A stretch of DNA of 44,364 bases from Octopus sinensis (GCF_006345805.1 NW_021834918.1:1-44364); one strand, 5' to 3'; positions 25,495 through 36,117 are shown, numbered from the stretch's first letter. The notes: generated by a model from the sequence alone, not told the origin. Program-made: numbers and translations.

Positions 25495-25997
25495 AGTGAC
25501 TGTGTGGTAAGTAGCTTGCTTACCAACCACATGGTTCCGAGTTCAGTCCCACTGCGTGGCACCTTGGGCAAGTGTCTTCTACTAGCCTCAGGCCGACCAA
25601 AGCCTTGTGAGTGGACTTGGTAGATGAAAACTGAAAAAACCCCGTTGTATATATGTATATATATATGTATATGTTTGTGTGTCTGTGTTTGTCCTCCCAA
25701 AATCGCTTGACAACCGGTGCTGGTGTGTTTACGTCCCCGTCACTTAGCGGTTCGGCAAAAGAGACCGATACAATAAGTACTAGGCTTACAAAGAATAAGT
25801 CCTGGGGTCGATTTGCTCGACTAAAAAGGTGGTGCTCCAGCATGGCCACAGTCAAATGACTGAAACAAGTAAAAGAGTAAGAGTATATATATGTATGTAT
25901 CTCTATCTATCTATATAAAGCGCTAACAATGTAAATGAGATGTAAATAAATAAATATATATATAATCATCCAACATCTGACTACTTTATTACTCTAG

Positions 25998-26041
<44 letters not shown>

Positions 26042-26195
26042 ATGCATAGTATACACATCACACATTTGATGCATCAAATTCCATAAGGCAAATCATTAAT
26101 TCATTTAGATTTCTCTTTATTTCAAAATTTCATAATAAAATAATACTAGAATAATAAAAATTTTTTTAAATAAATACACATTATCTGTGTGTGTG

Positions 26196-26286
26196 TCATC
26201 ATCATCGTTTAACGTCCACTTTCCATGCTGGCATGGGTTGGATGGTTTGACTGCAGACTGGCGAGCCAGATGGCTGCACCAGGCTC
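26196..26286 (-). mobile_element. 5'-truncated RTE 3' tail
   Basis: catcatcatcatcgtttaacgtccactttccatgctggcatgggttgg matches the RTE end at 8193. Confidence 0.8.
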
Positions 26287-26289
26287 ATA

Positions 26290-26445
26290 CATATATATAT
26301 ATATATAGATATATATATATATAATATATACATACATATACATTTATGGATGTTTATATATATATATATATATCATATATATATATATATATTATATATA
26401 TATATATATAGATACATACATACATACATATACATTTATGGATGT

Positions 26446-26494
<49 letters not shown>

Positions 26495-26618
26495 GATACA
26501 TACATACATACATATACATTTATGGATGTTTATATATATATATATATATATAATATATATTAATATATATATATATATATATATAGATACATACATACAT
26601 ACATATACATTTATGGAT

Positions 26619-26671
<53 letters not shown>

Positions 26672-26902
26672 CATACATATATATACATTTATGCATGTTT
26701 ATATATATATATATATACATACATACATACATACATATACATTTATGGATGTTTATATATATATATACATGCATACATATATATACATACATACATATAT
26801 ATACATTATGGATGTTTATATATATATATACATACATACATACATATATATACATTTATGGATGTTTATATATATATATATATATATATATAGATACATA
26901 CA

Positions 26903-26937
<35 letters not shown>

Positions 26938-26970
26938 TTATGGATGTTATATATATATATATATATATTT
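26290..26970. repeat. (TA)n-based minisatellite with about 9 copies of the anchor catttatggatgtttata
   Basis: Anchor near 26341, 26433, 26517, 26609, 26688, 26741, 26806, 26855 and 26937, with variable TA spacers. Confidence 0.9.
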
Positions 26971-27180
26971 ACATGCAACATGGAATACTTATTTATATAT
27001 ACATTGCATGGTACAGTTATAGAAACTCACAAAAGAGACTCCAAGTTTCTGCATCAACGATATTATGATTGTGGCATTTCCTCAGGTATAAGAAACTTGA
27101 AGACAAAAAAAAAAAACCACCACTGCTAGTAGGAAAGATCCCCATTATACGTTCATTATTAAGGTTATATATAAAAACCT

Positions 27181-27372
27181 TCCTTGCACATGTATTTCTT
27201 AGAAGCTGTGTGAACGATCCTTTATTCTTTTATATATTTATTTCTCTTTTCTTAGTATTAAGGTTTTTATATTTTTTAAAATATAAAAACCTTAATACTA
27301 AGAAAAGAGAAATAAATATATAAAAAAATAAAGGATAGTTCACACAGCTTCTAAGAAATACATGTGCAAGGA
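27181..27372. repeat. 192-bp near-perfect AT-rich palindrome
   Basis: tccttgcacatgtatttcttagaagc... pairs with ...gcttctaagaaatacatgtgcaagga; centre ttttttaaaa; only about 2 differences. Confidence 0.92.
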
Positions 27373-27389
27373 TTGGATATTGGGATTAA

Positions 27390-27906
27390 CCCTTTAGCAT
27401 TCAAACCGGTCATATCCGGCCAAAATATTTAACCTGTTTTATATTAAAACTGACCAGATCTCGCCTCTCACCTCAGCCCTACCATCATCATCATCATCAT
27501 CATCATTTAACATCCGTTCTCCATGCTAGCATGGGTTGGACGGTTCGACCGGGGATCTGGAAAGCCAGAAGGCTGCACCAGGCTCCGGTCTTATTTGGCA
27601 ATGTTTCTACAGCTGGATGCCCTTCCTAACGCCAACCACTCCGTGAGTGTAGTGGGTGCTTTTTACATGCCACTTGCACTGGTGCCAGGCGAGGCTGGCA
27701 TCGGCCACGGTCAGATTGGTGCATTTTATGTGCCACCTGCACGGAAGCCAGTCGAGTGCAGGTGGCACGTAAAATGCACCATGTCATTCTAAAACTGAAA
27801 AATCACATCTCTGTAATCTCTAAACTACAAGATAATGCAGAATTAATTCAAACCATTTTAAATAAACAAACATCACATTTGATAGAATAATCTGAACACT
27901 AAAGGG
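27390..27906. mobile_element. piggyBac-like MITE (family 2) interrupted by an RTE 3' tail at about 27483-27780
   Basis: ttaa-CCCTTTAG...CTAAAGGG-ttat; same family as 34323-34544. The insert starts with (CAT)n and matches the RTE 3' UTR. Confidence 0.7.
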
Positions 27907-28243
27907 TTATAACTGTAAAAAAAAAATCCTTGGTACCCCCAAAATAAAAAAGTTTTTAAATACAAACCTTTTTGAGAATTTTAATATAAAAATTTACTTT
28001 AAGAATTAAAAAGCACACGTGAATAATATACTCTAGATTACTTGTGACCGGTTGAGTAACGGGAAAGTCTGAGTTATTCAGAACCTTTCTTCTCCTCCCA
28101 GAAATCTTTATTGAATACTGTATACTCACTGTATACATTAATTTGTCGTGTGTCTGAATAAAACCTTGAACATGAAGATACTCGCACTGAACGAGCGTTG
28201 TCATTATTTACTGCACAGTGGTATTTCATGGTAATTGGATTAA

Positions 28244-29262
28244 CCCTTTCGTTACTGTATTTATTTTAAGATGCTCTGTGTTTCTTTCAATTACTTTAAA
28301 TATAACAAAGAATTTAGTACAGTAACTTAGTTATCATTCAGTTAGTGTTAGGAACATAAATTGGGACTAAGGTTTGGTGGAAGATTTTAATTCATAACTT
28401 TTGAAAACAAGACATCTGTACTTAGAGCCAGAGCCGGTTTCAGCCAGGTTGGTAACGAAAGGATTAAATATAACAAAGAATTTAGTACAATAACTTAGTT
28501 ATCATTCAGTTAGTGTTAGGAACATAAATTGGGACTAAGGTTTGGTGGAAGATTTTAATTCATAACTTTTGAAAACAAGACATCTGTACTTAGAGCCAGG
28601 GCCGGTTTCAGCCAGGTTGGTAACGAAAGGATTAAATATAACAAAGAATTTAGTACAATAACTTAGTTATCATTCAGTTAGTGTTAGGAACATAAATTGG
28701 GACTAAGGTTTGGTGGAAGATTTTAGTTCAAAACTTATGAAAACAAGACATTTGTACTACAGAGCCAGAGCTGGTTTCAGCTGGATTGGTAACGAAAGGG
28801 TTAATGATGATGAAGTTTCTTTTACTGAATTCTTCATTATTTTAAAAATTAATAGAAATACAGGCATTTCAACAAAATGGTTAATAATGACAAAATTACT
28901 TAACTAAAATTCTTCTATACTGTTAGAATTAACTGAAACAAAAGTAGGGCATTTCAACTAAAATATGGTAAGAAATGGGTCAAGGGTCAAATGGTCTAAA
29001 TTAAAACCTTCCAATCAAATTTCATGTTAATTTATGTCCCAGACACTAGCTTAACCCTTTCGTTACTGTATTTATTTTGAGATGCTCTGTATTTCTTTCA
29101 ATTATTTTAAATATAACAAAGAATTTAGTGAAATAACTTAGTTATCATTAAGCTAATGTTAGGAATGTAAATTGTGACTAAGATTTTAATTCAAAACTTA
29201 TGAAAACAAGATATTTGTACTCAGAGACAGAACCGGTTTCAGCCGGGTTGGTAATGAAAGGG
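28244..29262. mobile_element. piggyBac-like composite with an internal 168-bp triplication
   Basis: TTAA at 28240, 28801, 29051 and 29263; TIR ccctttcgttac/gtaacgaaaggg; repeat anchors at 28301, 28469 and 28637; spacer homologous to 977-1230. Confidence 0.75.
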
Positions 29263-29809
29263 TTAATGATTCAGTCCAATTATTAAAGTGTTGATATTTT
29301 TATTCGTGATCTCCCACACTAAACTTCATATAAAATGGCCTTCAATTTATAGGGTCCATTTAGTGAGCACAGATCTCTGTTTCTGCAGAATTGCTGTTTT
29401 CTCTAGGTGATGCAATTATATTTAAAAAAATTAGGGGTTGAATTAAAACATGCCTATTAACAAGTTTCCTGTCCACTCTTCCAGTTTCTTGTCACAAATA
29501 TCCCTTCCCTGTTTCTTGATGGCATTTGCCAATTTTAACTATTTCTTTTTAGAAATGAAATGGAAAAGAAAAGTTGTACTAGATGTATCTGTTTATGAGG
29601 CTGAAGTAAGGAAACGACCATTCTCACCAATGCTGCTAAGTAACATAACAAAACTCACAACCACAATTCAAAACAATAAATTACTAAATAACTAAAAAAT
29701 TTGAGAAGCATTTCGCCATTATAGGTATTTATACTTAGGTGAAATTAAGAAATCAACTCGTAAATAACGAAACCCTCAACTCTATCACTGTACAGACACA
29801 CATACAGTT

Positions 29810-30010
29810 GCATATCTATGTATGTATTGAAGATAATCAAACCAAATTTTCATCATTTTGAGCCACTCACCCAATAAGTATTGCTGCCAAATTTGGTGAA
29901 AATCAGTTCAGCCATTTCCCAGTAATTTTGCAAACACACAGACAATCAAACACGGGTAATTACAATACTCTGCCTTTGCTTATGCACGCAAGGTAATAAT
30001 GATAATAATA
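29810..30010 (-). mobile_element. Helentron/HINE(DINE-1)-like non-autonomous repeat, left arm of the large inverted repeat
   Basis: Reverse complement of 31260-31445. The motif order attacct...gtctgtgtgtttgc...gattttcaccaaatttgg resembles HINE-type elements; classification is inferred. Confidence 0.5.
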
Positions 30011-30015
30011 ATTTT

Positions 30016-30297
30016 TTCTTTACTACCCACAAGGGGCTAACCATAGAGGAGACAAACAAGGACAGACAAAGGGATTAAGTCAATTATCGACCCCAGTGCG
30101 AAACTGGTACTTTATTTATCGACCCCAAAAGGATGAAAGGCAAAGTCGACCTCGGTAGAATTTGAACTCAGAACATAGCTGCAGACGAAATACCTATTTC
30201 TTTACTACCCACAAGGGGCTAAACATAGAGGGGACAAACAAGGACAGACAAAGGGATTAAGTCGATTACATCGACCCCAGTGCGAGACTGTTTTCTC
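30016..30297 (-). mobile_element. SINE family 2, tandem partial doublet
   Basis: Two copies of tttctttactacccacaaggggctaa...; reverse complement of the family at 30677 and 42037. Confidence 0.8.
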
Positions 30298-30676
30298 TCA
30301 AGAGCTTCTCTTTTATCATAAAATATCTTGTGAATAAGAGATTCTTTGGAATTCTTAATTTCTGTTATCAGTTTTAATCATTGCTCTGTCTGTTATGTTG
30401 AAGCACTTTTTCTGGGGAGCTTCAGTTGATTATATTGAACTCTTTGCACTTTGCTACTTTTCGAGCTGTTCTTATCAGGTATAAAAACATAGACAGCGTT
30501 GATACAAAAGGGAGATTACTCATTTGGATATGAACAGTGCAGACTATTTCTGCATGAATACACCACTCCTTACACACATAAAAATATTTCTGCATAACAT
30601 ACCAATCATCATCATCATCATATTTTTTAATAAACAACTCCATGTTTGGTGACATCCCGTTTTTACTCTACTCTGT

Positions 30677-31049
30677 AGCTGGCAGAAACGTTAGCACACC
30701 GGGCAAAATGCTTAGCGGTATTTCGTCTGTTGTTACGTTCTGAGTTCAAATTCTACCGAGGTCGACTTTGCCTTTCATCCTTTCGGGGTCGATTAAATAA
30801 GTACCAGTTACACACTGAGGTCGATATAATCGACTTAATTCGTCTGTCTGTCCTTGTTTGTCCCTTCTGTGTTTAGCCCCTTGTGGGTAGTAAAGAAATA
30901 GGTATTTTGTCTGCCGCTATGTTCTGAGTTCAAATTCCGCCGAGGTCGACTTTGTCTTTCATCCTTTCGGAGTCGATTAAATAAGTACCAGTTACACACT
31001 GTCCTTCTTTGTCTCCTCTATGTTTAGCCCCTTGTGGGTAGTAAAGAAA
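30677..31049 (+). mobile_element. SINE family 2, tandem doublet
   Basis: ctggcagaaacgttagcac...gttctgagttcaaattc...ccccttgtgggtagtaaagaaa, with the 3' part repeated. Confidence 0.8.
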
Positions 31050-31265
31050 AAATTATTATTATCATAATTATTCTTATTATTATTATCATTATTATTATTC
31101 TTATTATTATTATCATTATTATTATTCTTATTATTATCATTATTATTCTTATTATTATTATCATTATTATTATTCTTATTATTATCATTATTATTCTTAT
31201 TATTATTATCATTATTATTATTCTTATTATTATCATTATTATTCTTATTATTATTATCATTATTA
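31050..31265. repeat. Compound (ATT)n microsatellite with a regular ATC/CTT higher-order pattern
   Basis: Explains the poly-Ile and poly-Asn ORFs at 30992-31279. Confidence 0.95.
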
Positions 31266-31445
31266 CCTTGCATGCATAAGCAAAGGCAGAGTATTGTAAT
31301 GACTTGTCTTTGATTGTCTGTGTGTTTGCAAAATTACTGGAAAATGGCTGAACTGATTTTCACCAAATTTGGCAGCAATATTCATTGGGTGAGTGGCTCA
31401 AAATGATGAAAATTTGGTTTGATTATTTTCAAACATACATAAATG
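31260..31445 (+). mobile_element. HINE-like repeat, right arm of the large inverted repeat, abutting the gene B stop codon
   Basis: Reverse complement of 29810-30010. Confidence 0.5.
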
Positions 31446-31453
31446 CATACAAT

Positions 31454-31836
31454 TTAACGATGATGATTTATGTGTAAACTGGTGATAGACAAATAACTTG
31501 TACTGTTGCTGATAAACTTTGCCATGTTCATCTTCAAAACAATTGTATCATTTGCTTTGAATTGGTAAGTAAACGATGATTGCATTACGACATGTTCTGG
31601 TGTATTTTTTAAGGCATTTGAACTTTTTTTTATAGATTTATATTTTGGTCCATTCATTCTTTGAAAGATCAAGGATACAGTTACTGAAGGAGTATCTTCC
31701 GGAATGTACAATTGCACGGCACAGCCTATTTGGTAAATCCCATCTTGTGGCACATATATGCAGGTTTCATTAACCAAATGAAAGTTGCCGACATCCTGGC
31801 TCTCATCTTTGAGCCAATGTAAATCAGTGACACCCT
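31454..31836 (-). CDS. TNF-like ligand gene B, last exon encoding most of the TNF homology domain
   Basis: Acceptor ttccttctttttcag(ag). Peptide GVTDLHWLKDESQDVGNFHLVNETCIYVPQDGIYQIGCAVQL...SSFTYQFKANDTIVLKM...TSYLSITSLHINHHR*. It matches the TNF pattern LxW, LxVxxxGxYxI, FxLxxxDxI and a terminal hydrophobic strand. Confidence 0.8.
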
Positions 31837-31919
31837 CTGAAAAAGAAGGAATAATATTACTATAAATAATAATAGTGGAAGGATTTCCAACATAGATTCA
31901 GAAGAAATTGCAAAACCAC

Positions 31920-32365
31920 TGTATGTATGTATGTGTGTGTGTATGTATGTATGTATGTATGTGTGTGTGTTTGTGTATATGTATGTATGTATGTGTGCAT
32001 ATATGTATGTACGTATGTATGTATGTATGCATGTATGTATGCATGTATGTATGCATGTGTGTATGCATGTGTGTATGTATGTATGTATGCATGTATGTAT
32101 GTGTATGCATGTGTGTATGTGTGCATACATGTATTTATGTAAGTATGTATGCATGTATGTATGTATGTATGCATACATGTATGCATATATGTATGTATGT
32201 ATGCATGTATGTATGCATGTATGTATGCATGTGTGTATGTATGTATGTATGTATGTATGTATGCATGTATGTATGCATGTATGTATGTATGTGTGTATGT
32301 AGGTATGTATGTGTGCATACATGTATGTATGTATGTGTGCATACATGTATGTATGTATGTATGTT
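31920..32365. repeat. (TATG/CATG/TGTG)n microsatellite
   Basis: Explains the H/T/Y/M/C/V ORFs at 31726-32514. Confidence 0.95.
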
Positions 32366-32619
32366 TGCCAGAGTAAGCACATAAATGTGAAACAAAGTGG
32401 GAAAAACAGTACTCGATTACCAGAGGTAGAGTAATATGCTTTATTGATGAAGCTGTCCAACAAACAGGTATGTGAAACTCTGAGTAACAGTTTCTGCATG
32501 GGGCAAAGCATCACTGGTATTTATTTCCCCTTAGTACTGTAGGAGAAGGAAAGATCCAGAGAAGGGAAGACAGAGGAAAAAAAAATCGCCAACGGTACAC
32601 ACGAGGTCATATATAAATA

Positions 32620-32768
32620 TACATATATATACATATACACGACGGTCTTCTTTTAGTTTCCTTCTACCAAATCCACTCAAGGCTTTGGTCGGCTGAGGCT
32701 ATAGTAGAAGACACTTGCCCAAGGTGCCACGCAGTGGGACTGAACCCAGAACTATGTGGTTGATAAGC
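32620..32768 (-). mobile_element. SINE family 1, partial head
   Basis: Reverse complement of ...ggttcagtcccactgcgtggcaccttgggcaagtgtcttc... Confidence 0.8.
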
Positions 32769-32932
32769 CTCTTGTACTAGTATACAAACTTCATCATTAT
32801 CTAAATTGTAACATTCTAAATTTTATGAATTTTCTAAACAATAGCTTAAAAATGAACAAAACCTTTTAATAAATTTTTCGTTATTTAAAAAATTAATTGA
32901 AAAAAAGATTATTTCAAAAGAAATAAGATACA

Positions 32933-33690
32933 GAAAGGTTAAGTAATATCCTCCCAAAGAACCTGAGAGACCTGCATGGGGTGGATGCGGATGTCTTTAA
33001 AATAAAACTGGATCTCTTCCTGTCAGGTGTCCCAGATGAACCAACTTTTCGGCAGGAGGTGCAGATGAGGGCAGCTGCATCAAACTCTCTCATGCACCAA
33101 ATGGCAATTGCGGAAAAGCATTCGTAAAGTAAAATCATGTAGCAACACCAAATGGTGGTGCCCCAGCATGGCCACAGCTCATGAGCTGAAAGGTTAAGTA
33201 ATATCCTCCCGAAGAACCTGAGAGACCTGCATGGGGTGGATGCAGATGTCTTTAAAATAAAACTGGATCTCTTCCTGTCAGGTGTCCCAGATGAACCAAC
33301 TTTTCGGCAGGAGGTGCAGATGAGGGCAGCTGCATCGAACTCTCTCATGCACCAAATGGCAATTGCTAAAAAGCATTCGTGAAGTAAAATCATGTAGCAA
33401 CACCAAATGGCGGTGTGCCCCAGCATGGCCACAGCTCGTGAGCTGAAACTAGATAAAATAAAATAGAAATAAAATAAATTTCATCGAAACACAATTCCGT
33501 GGGCTTTCTCAGCAAAATAAAGTTACAAAAACTTTCGTGTTCCAGGGGATCAAGTTTTTGCAAAAAGAGCCTTATCTTCCTTTCACTAGAAAGCATTCGT
33601 GAAGTAAAATCATGTAGCACACCAAATGGCGGTGCCCCAGCATGGCCACAGCTCATGAGCTGAAACTAGATAAAATAAATAAAATAAAAT
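32933..33690 (+). mobile_element. CR1/L2-like LINE 3' end, 255-bp tandem duplication plus a third partial tail
   Basis: Plus frame RLSNILPKNLRDLHGVDADVFKIKLDLFLSGVPDEPT...SNSLMHQ resembles CR1-group ORF2 C-termini. Period 255 (32941, 33196). Tails end in gagctgaaactagat(aaaat)n. Confidence 0.7.
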
Positions 33691-33745
33691 AAAAAATACA
33701 AATTATAAGAAATAGTGTGCAATAACTCTGTATAAATGAACTTAC

Positions 33746-33792
33746 CATCTCGGTGTAACCCTCTGTTTTCAGGTGGAAGAAGGCATGGTGAG
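33746..33792 (-). CDS. TNF-like ligand gene B, exon 3: (S)HHAFFHLKTEGYTEM
   Basis: Acceptor ttcttatctttcag, 47 nt, donor gtaagt. Paralog of 22-69 but 1 nt shorter. Confidence 0.7.
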
Positions 33793-34322
33793 CTGAAAGA
33801 TAAGAAGAGAGAAAACAGATGGTGAAAAAGATATATTTTAATACAGGTTCAATATCAAACAGAAGACTGTTCAGAGAAAAGGGCACTTTCTGATGTATTT
33901 CACAAATTTAATATTCCAGATTATTATCTAATACTAGCAGTATCGCCTGGCGTTGCTCAGGTTTGTAAGAGAAATAACTATATAAGCATTTTTAGAGAGT
34001 TACTTCCCTTATATAACCCGAGCAAAAATCATAAAAAATGTGGAAAAATGATGGTAAATTTTTTTTTAAATCGTAGACTCATCGTAGACATGCACTAATA
34101 CCCAGAAGGGCTCGATATGAATGACGACTATAAGATACCCACTTTTGGTTAAACTGCACCGCAAAATGTGGGAGTAGTTAGGAATCTAAATCGGAGGAGA
34201 CAGAGTCTCACACACACAACTTCAATTTTATATGTAAAGATATAACTATACAGTATATTAACTGTTTCACAATCATCATTAACCATAATGAAAAATGATC
34301 TACATGGAGAACAAGTATTAAA

Positions 34323-34544
34323 CCCTTTAGCATTCAAACCGGCCGTATCCGGCCAAAATATCCTCCCTTGTTTTATGTTCAAATTGGCTAGATCTGGCTT
34401 CTCACACCAGCCTGACTATATAATTCTAAAAATGAATAGTTACTTCATCAAAACCTCAAAGCTACAAGATAAATGCTGGATTAATTTAAAACAATGCAAA
34501 TAAATAAGCATTACTTTTGGCAGAATACCGTGAATACTAAAGGG
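34323..34544. mobile_element. piggyBac-like MITE (family 2)
   Basis: ttaa(a)CCCTTTAG...CTAAAGGG-ttaa. The paralogous gene A intron has the empty site (attaacc near 288-296). Confidence 0.8.
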
Positions 34545-34805
34545 TTAACCATTAACGAAAAGAGAGCCAAGACTATATAAGCATCCTTATATTACACCCA
34601 TCGCACAGTAGTTTCATGAGCTTAACATGGTCAGTTGTACAGTAGTAATGCCTTGCTAGGACTGATAATACAATTCTAGTAAACGTGTGGTCCAGTTAAT
34701 TATTGTGGATATTCCTTTCATGTATTTAATGATGTGGGTATTTTTACCATTTATTTCTGTAGTATGTCTGATATTTTTCAAGTTGCCTATTTTAAGACTG
34801 TAATG

Positions 34806-35494
34806 CAATGGTTCCCAAACTTTTTAGAGTCGCGAACCACTATTTATCACACCAGTTTATGACGACCCACTTAACTCTACTGAGTATCTCGATAGCAGTG
34901 CTTTTCAACCTTTTTTGCTGGAGCGGAACCCCAAGGAAGCATTCCACTGGCTCGAGGAACCCCTGAGCAATAATTTAATAGTCTTCTGCACACATATCTG
35001 CACAGGAGAATTAAAAATTACTGCCGATTTTAGCAGTTTTGTAACTTCTTGTGGAACCCCTGGACTATGCTGGCGGAACCCTAAGGTTCTGCGGAACCCT
35101 GGTTGAAAACCACTGTATTAATGTGTGTGTCTGTATGTCTTTGCATTGATTTAGATATAACGGTGCTTTTCAACTTTTTTGCTGGAGCGGAACCCCAAGG
35201 AAGCATTCTACTGGCTCGAGGAACCCCTGAGCAATAATTTAATAGTCTTATGCACACATATCTGCACAGGAGAATTAAAAATTACTGCCGATTTTAGCAG
35301 TTTTGTAACTTCTTGCGGAACCCCTGGACTGTACTGGCGGAACCCTAACGTTCCGCGGAACCCTGGTTGAAAACCACTGCTCTATAGACAGCAGTTAATC
35401 AAAGCTAATGCGTAATTTTATAACTTTTTGCGACCCACTAAGATTCTGTTCGCGACCCGTCTGTGGGTTGCGAGTCATAGTTTGGGAACCACTG
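34806..35494. mobile_element. hAT-like MITE with a nested hAT-like doublet (34896-35379)
   Basis: Outer TIR ca(a/g)tggttcccaaact / agtttgggaaccactg with perfect 8-bp TSD ctgtaatg (34798-34805, 35495-35502). Inner TIRs cagtgcttttcaac / ggttgaaaaccactg. Confidence 0.85.
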
Positions 35495-35533
35495 CTGTAA
35501 TGTATTGAGGACATGTTTAGTGATTTCATTACT

Positions 35534-36117
35534 AGGTGCAATGGCCCAGTGGGTAGGGCAGCGGACTCGTGGTCATAGGATCGCGGTTTCGATTCCCAGA
35601 CCGGGCGTTGTGAGTGTTTATTGAGCGAAAACACCTAAAGCTCCATGAGGCTCCGGCAGGGGATGGTGGTGATCCCTGCTGTACTCTTTCACTACAACTT
35701 TCTCTCACTCTTACTTCCTGTTTCTGTTGTACCTGTATTTCAAAGAGCCGGCCTTGTCACTCTCTGTGTCACGCTGAATATCCCCGAGAACTACGTTAAG
35801 GGTACACGTGTCTGTGGAGTGCTCAGCCACTTACACGTTAATTTCACGAGCAGGCTGTTCCGTTGATTCAGATCAACCGGAACCCTCGTCGTCATAACGA
35901 CGGAGTGCTTCCACATAAAGTCAAAACGTATTAAAAAATAGAGGTATTTATATATTTTAGCTTATAAGTATAATTTAAACTCTTTTACTTGTTTCAGTCA
36001 TTTGACTGTGGCCATGCTCAAGCATCGCTTTTAGTCAAGCAAATCGACCCCGGGACTTTCCGTTGATTCGGATCAACCGGAACCCTCGTCGTCGTAACCG
36101 ACGGAGTGCTTCCATCC
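35534..36117 (+). mobile_element. tRNA-derived SINE family 3 with a duplicated 3' tail and an embedded SINE-1 tail
   Basis: A box tggcccagtgg, B box ggtttcgattccc; 13-bp TSD agtgatttcatta at 35519-35531 and 36118-36130. Confidence 0.8.

Larger units (their letters stand above)
14468..25885 (+). repeat. Tandem array of six ~1.54-kb units (SINE + unique DNA + foldback MITE + unique DNA + (TA)n) closed by a seventh SINE
   Basis: SINE heads at 14468, 16023, 19323, 20862, 22403, 23944 and 25491. Periods are 1539-1555 bp, except the unit containing the 16201-17948 insertion. Units are near identical. Confidence 0.95.

Noticed and set aside
15542-25855. Repeated ORFs in the array (MFIIKSLF..., MKNEFVCS..., MYINAPMH...)
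   Set aside because: No recognisable domain; frames vary between units and run into SINE, MITE or (TA)n sequence.
29553-29605. Plus-strand exon-like segment (tttttag...gtaagg, MKWKRKVVLDVSVYEAE)
   Set aside because: No partner exons or homology seen; such splice-like pairs arise by chance in AT-rich DNA.
31454-31777. C1q globular domain or stand-alone single-exon gene
   Set aside because: The ORF start is a TTG inside an exon. The LxW motif, upstream HHAFFHL exon, type II TM and lack of collagen repeats favour TNF, though a profile search is still needed.
32914-33432. 172-aa minus-strand ORF with an internal repeat
   Set aside because: It is the antisense reading of a duplicated LINE 3' end; the 255-bp period keeps the frame open.
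35534-35610. tRNA-like heads (also 41553, 5319, 3013)
   Set aside because: A/B boxes are present, but they continue into SINE bodies, some with TSDs; I could not build full cloverleafs. They are SINEs, not tRNA genes.
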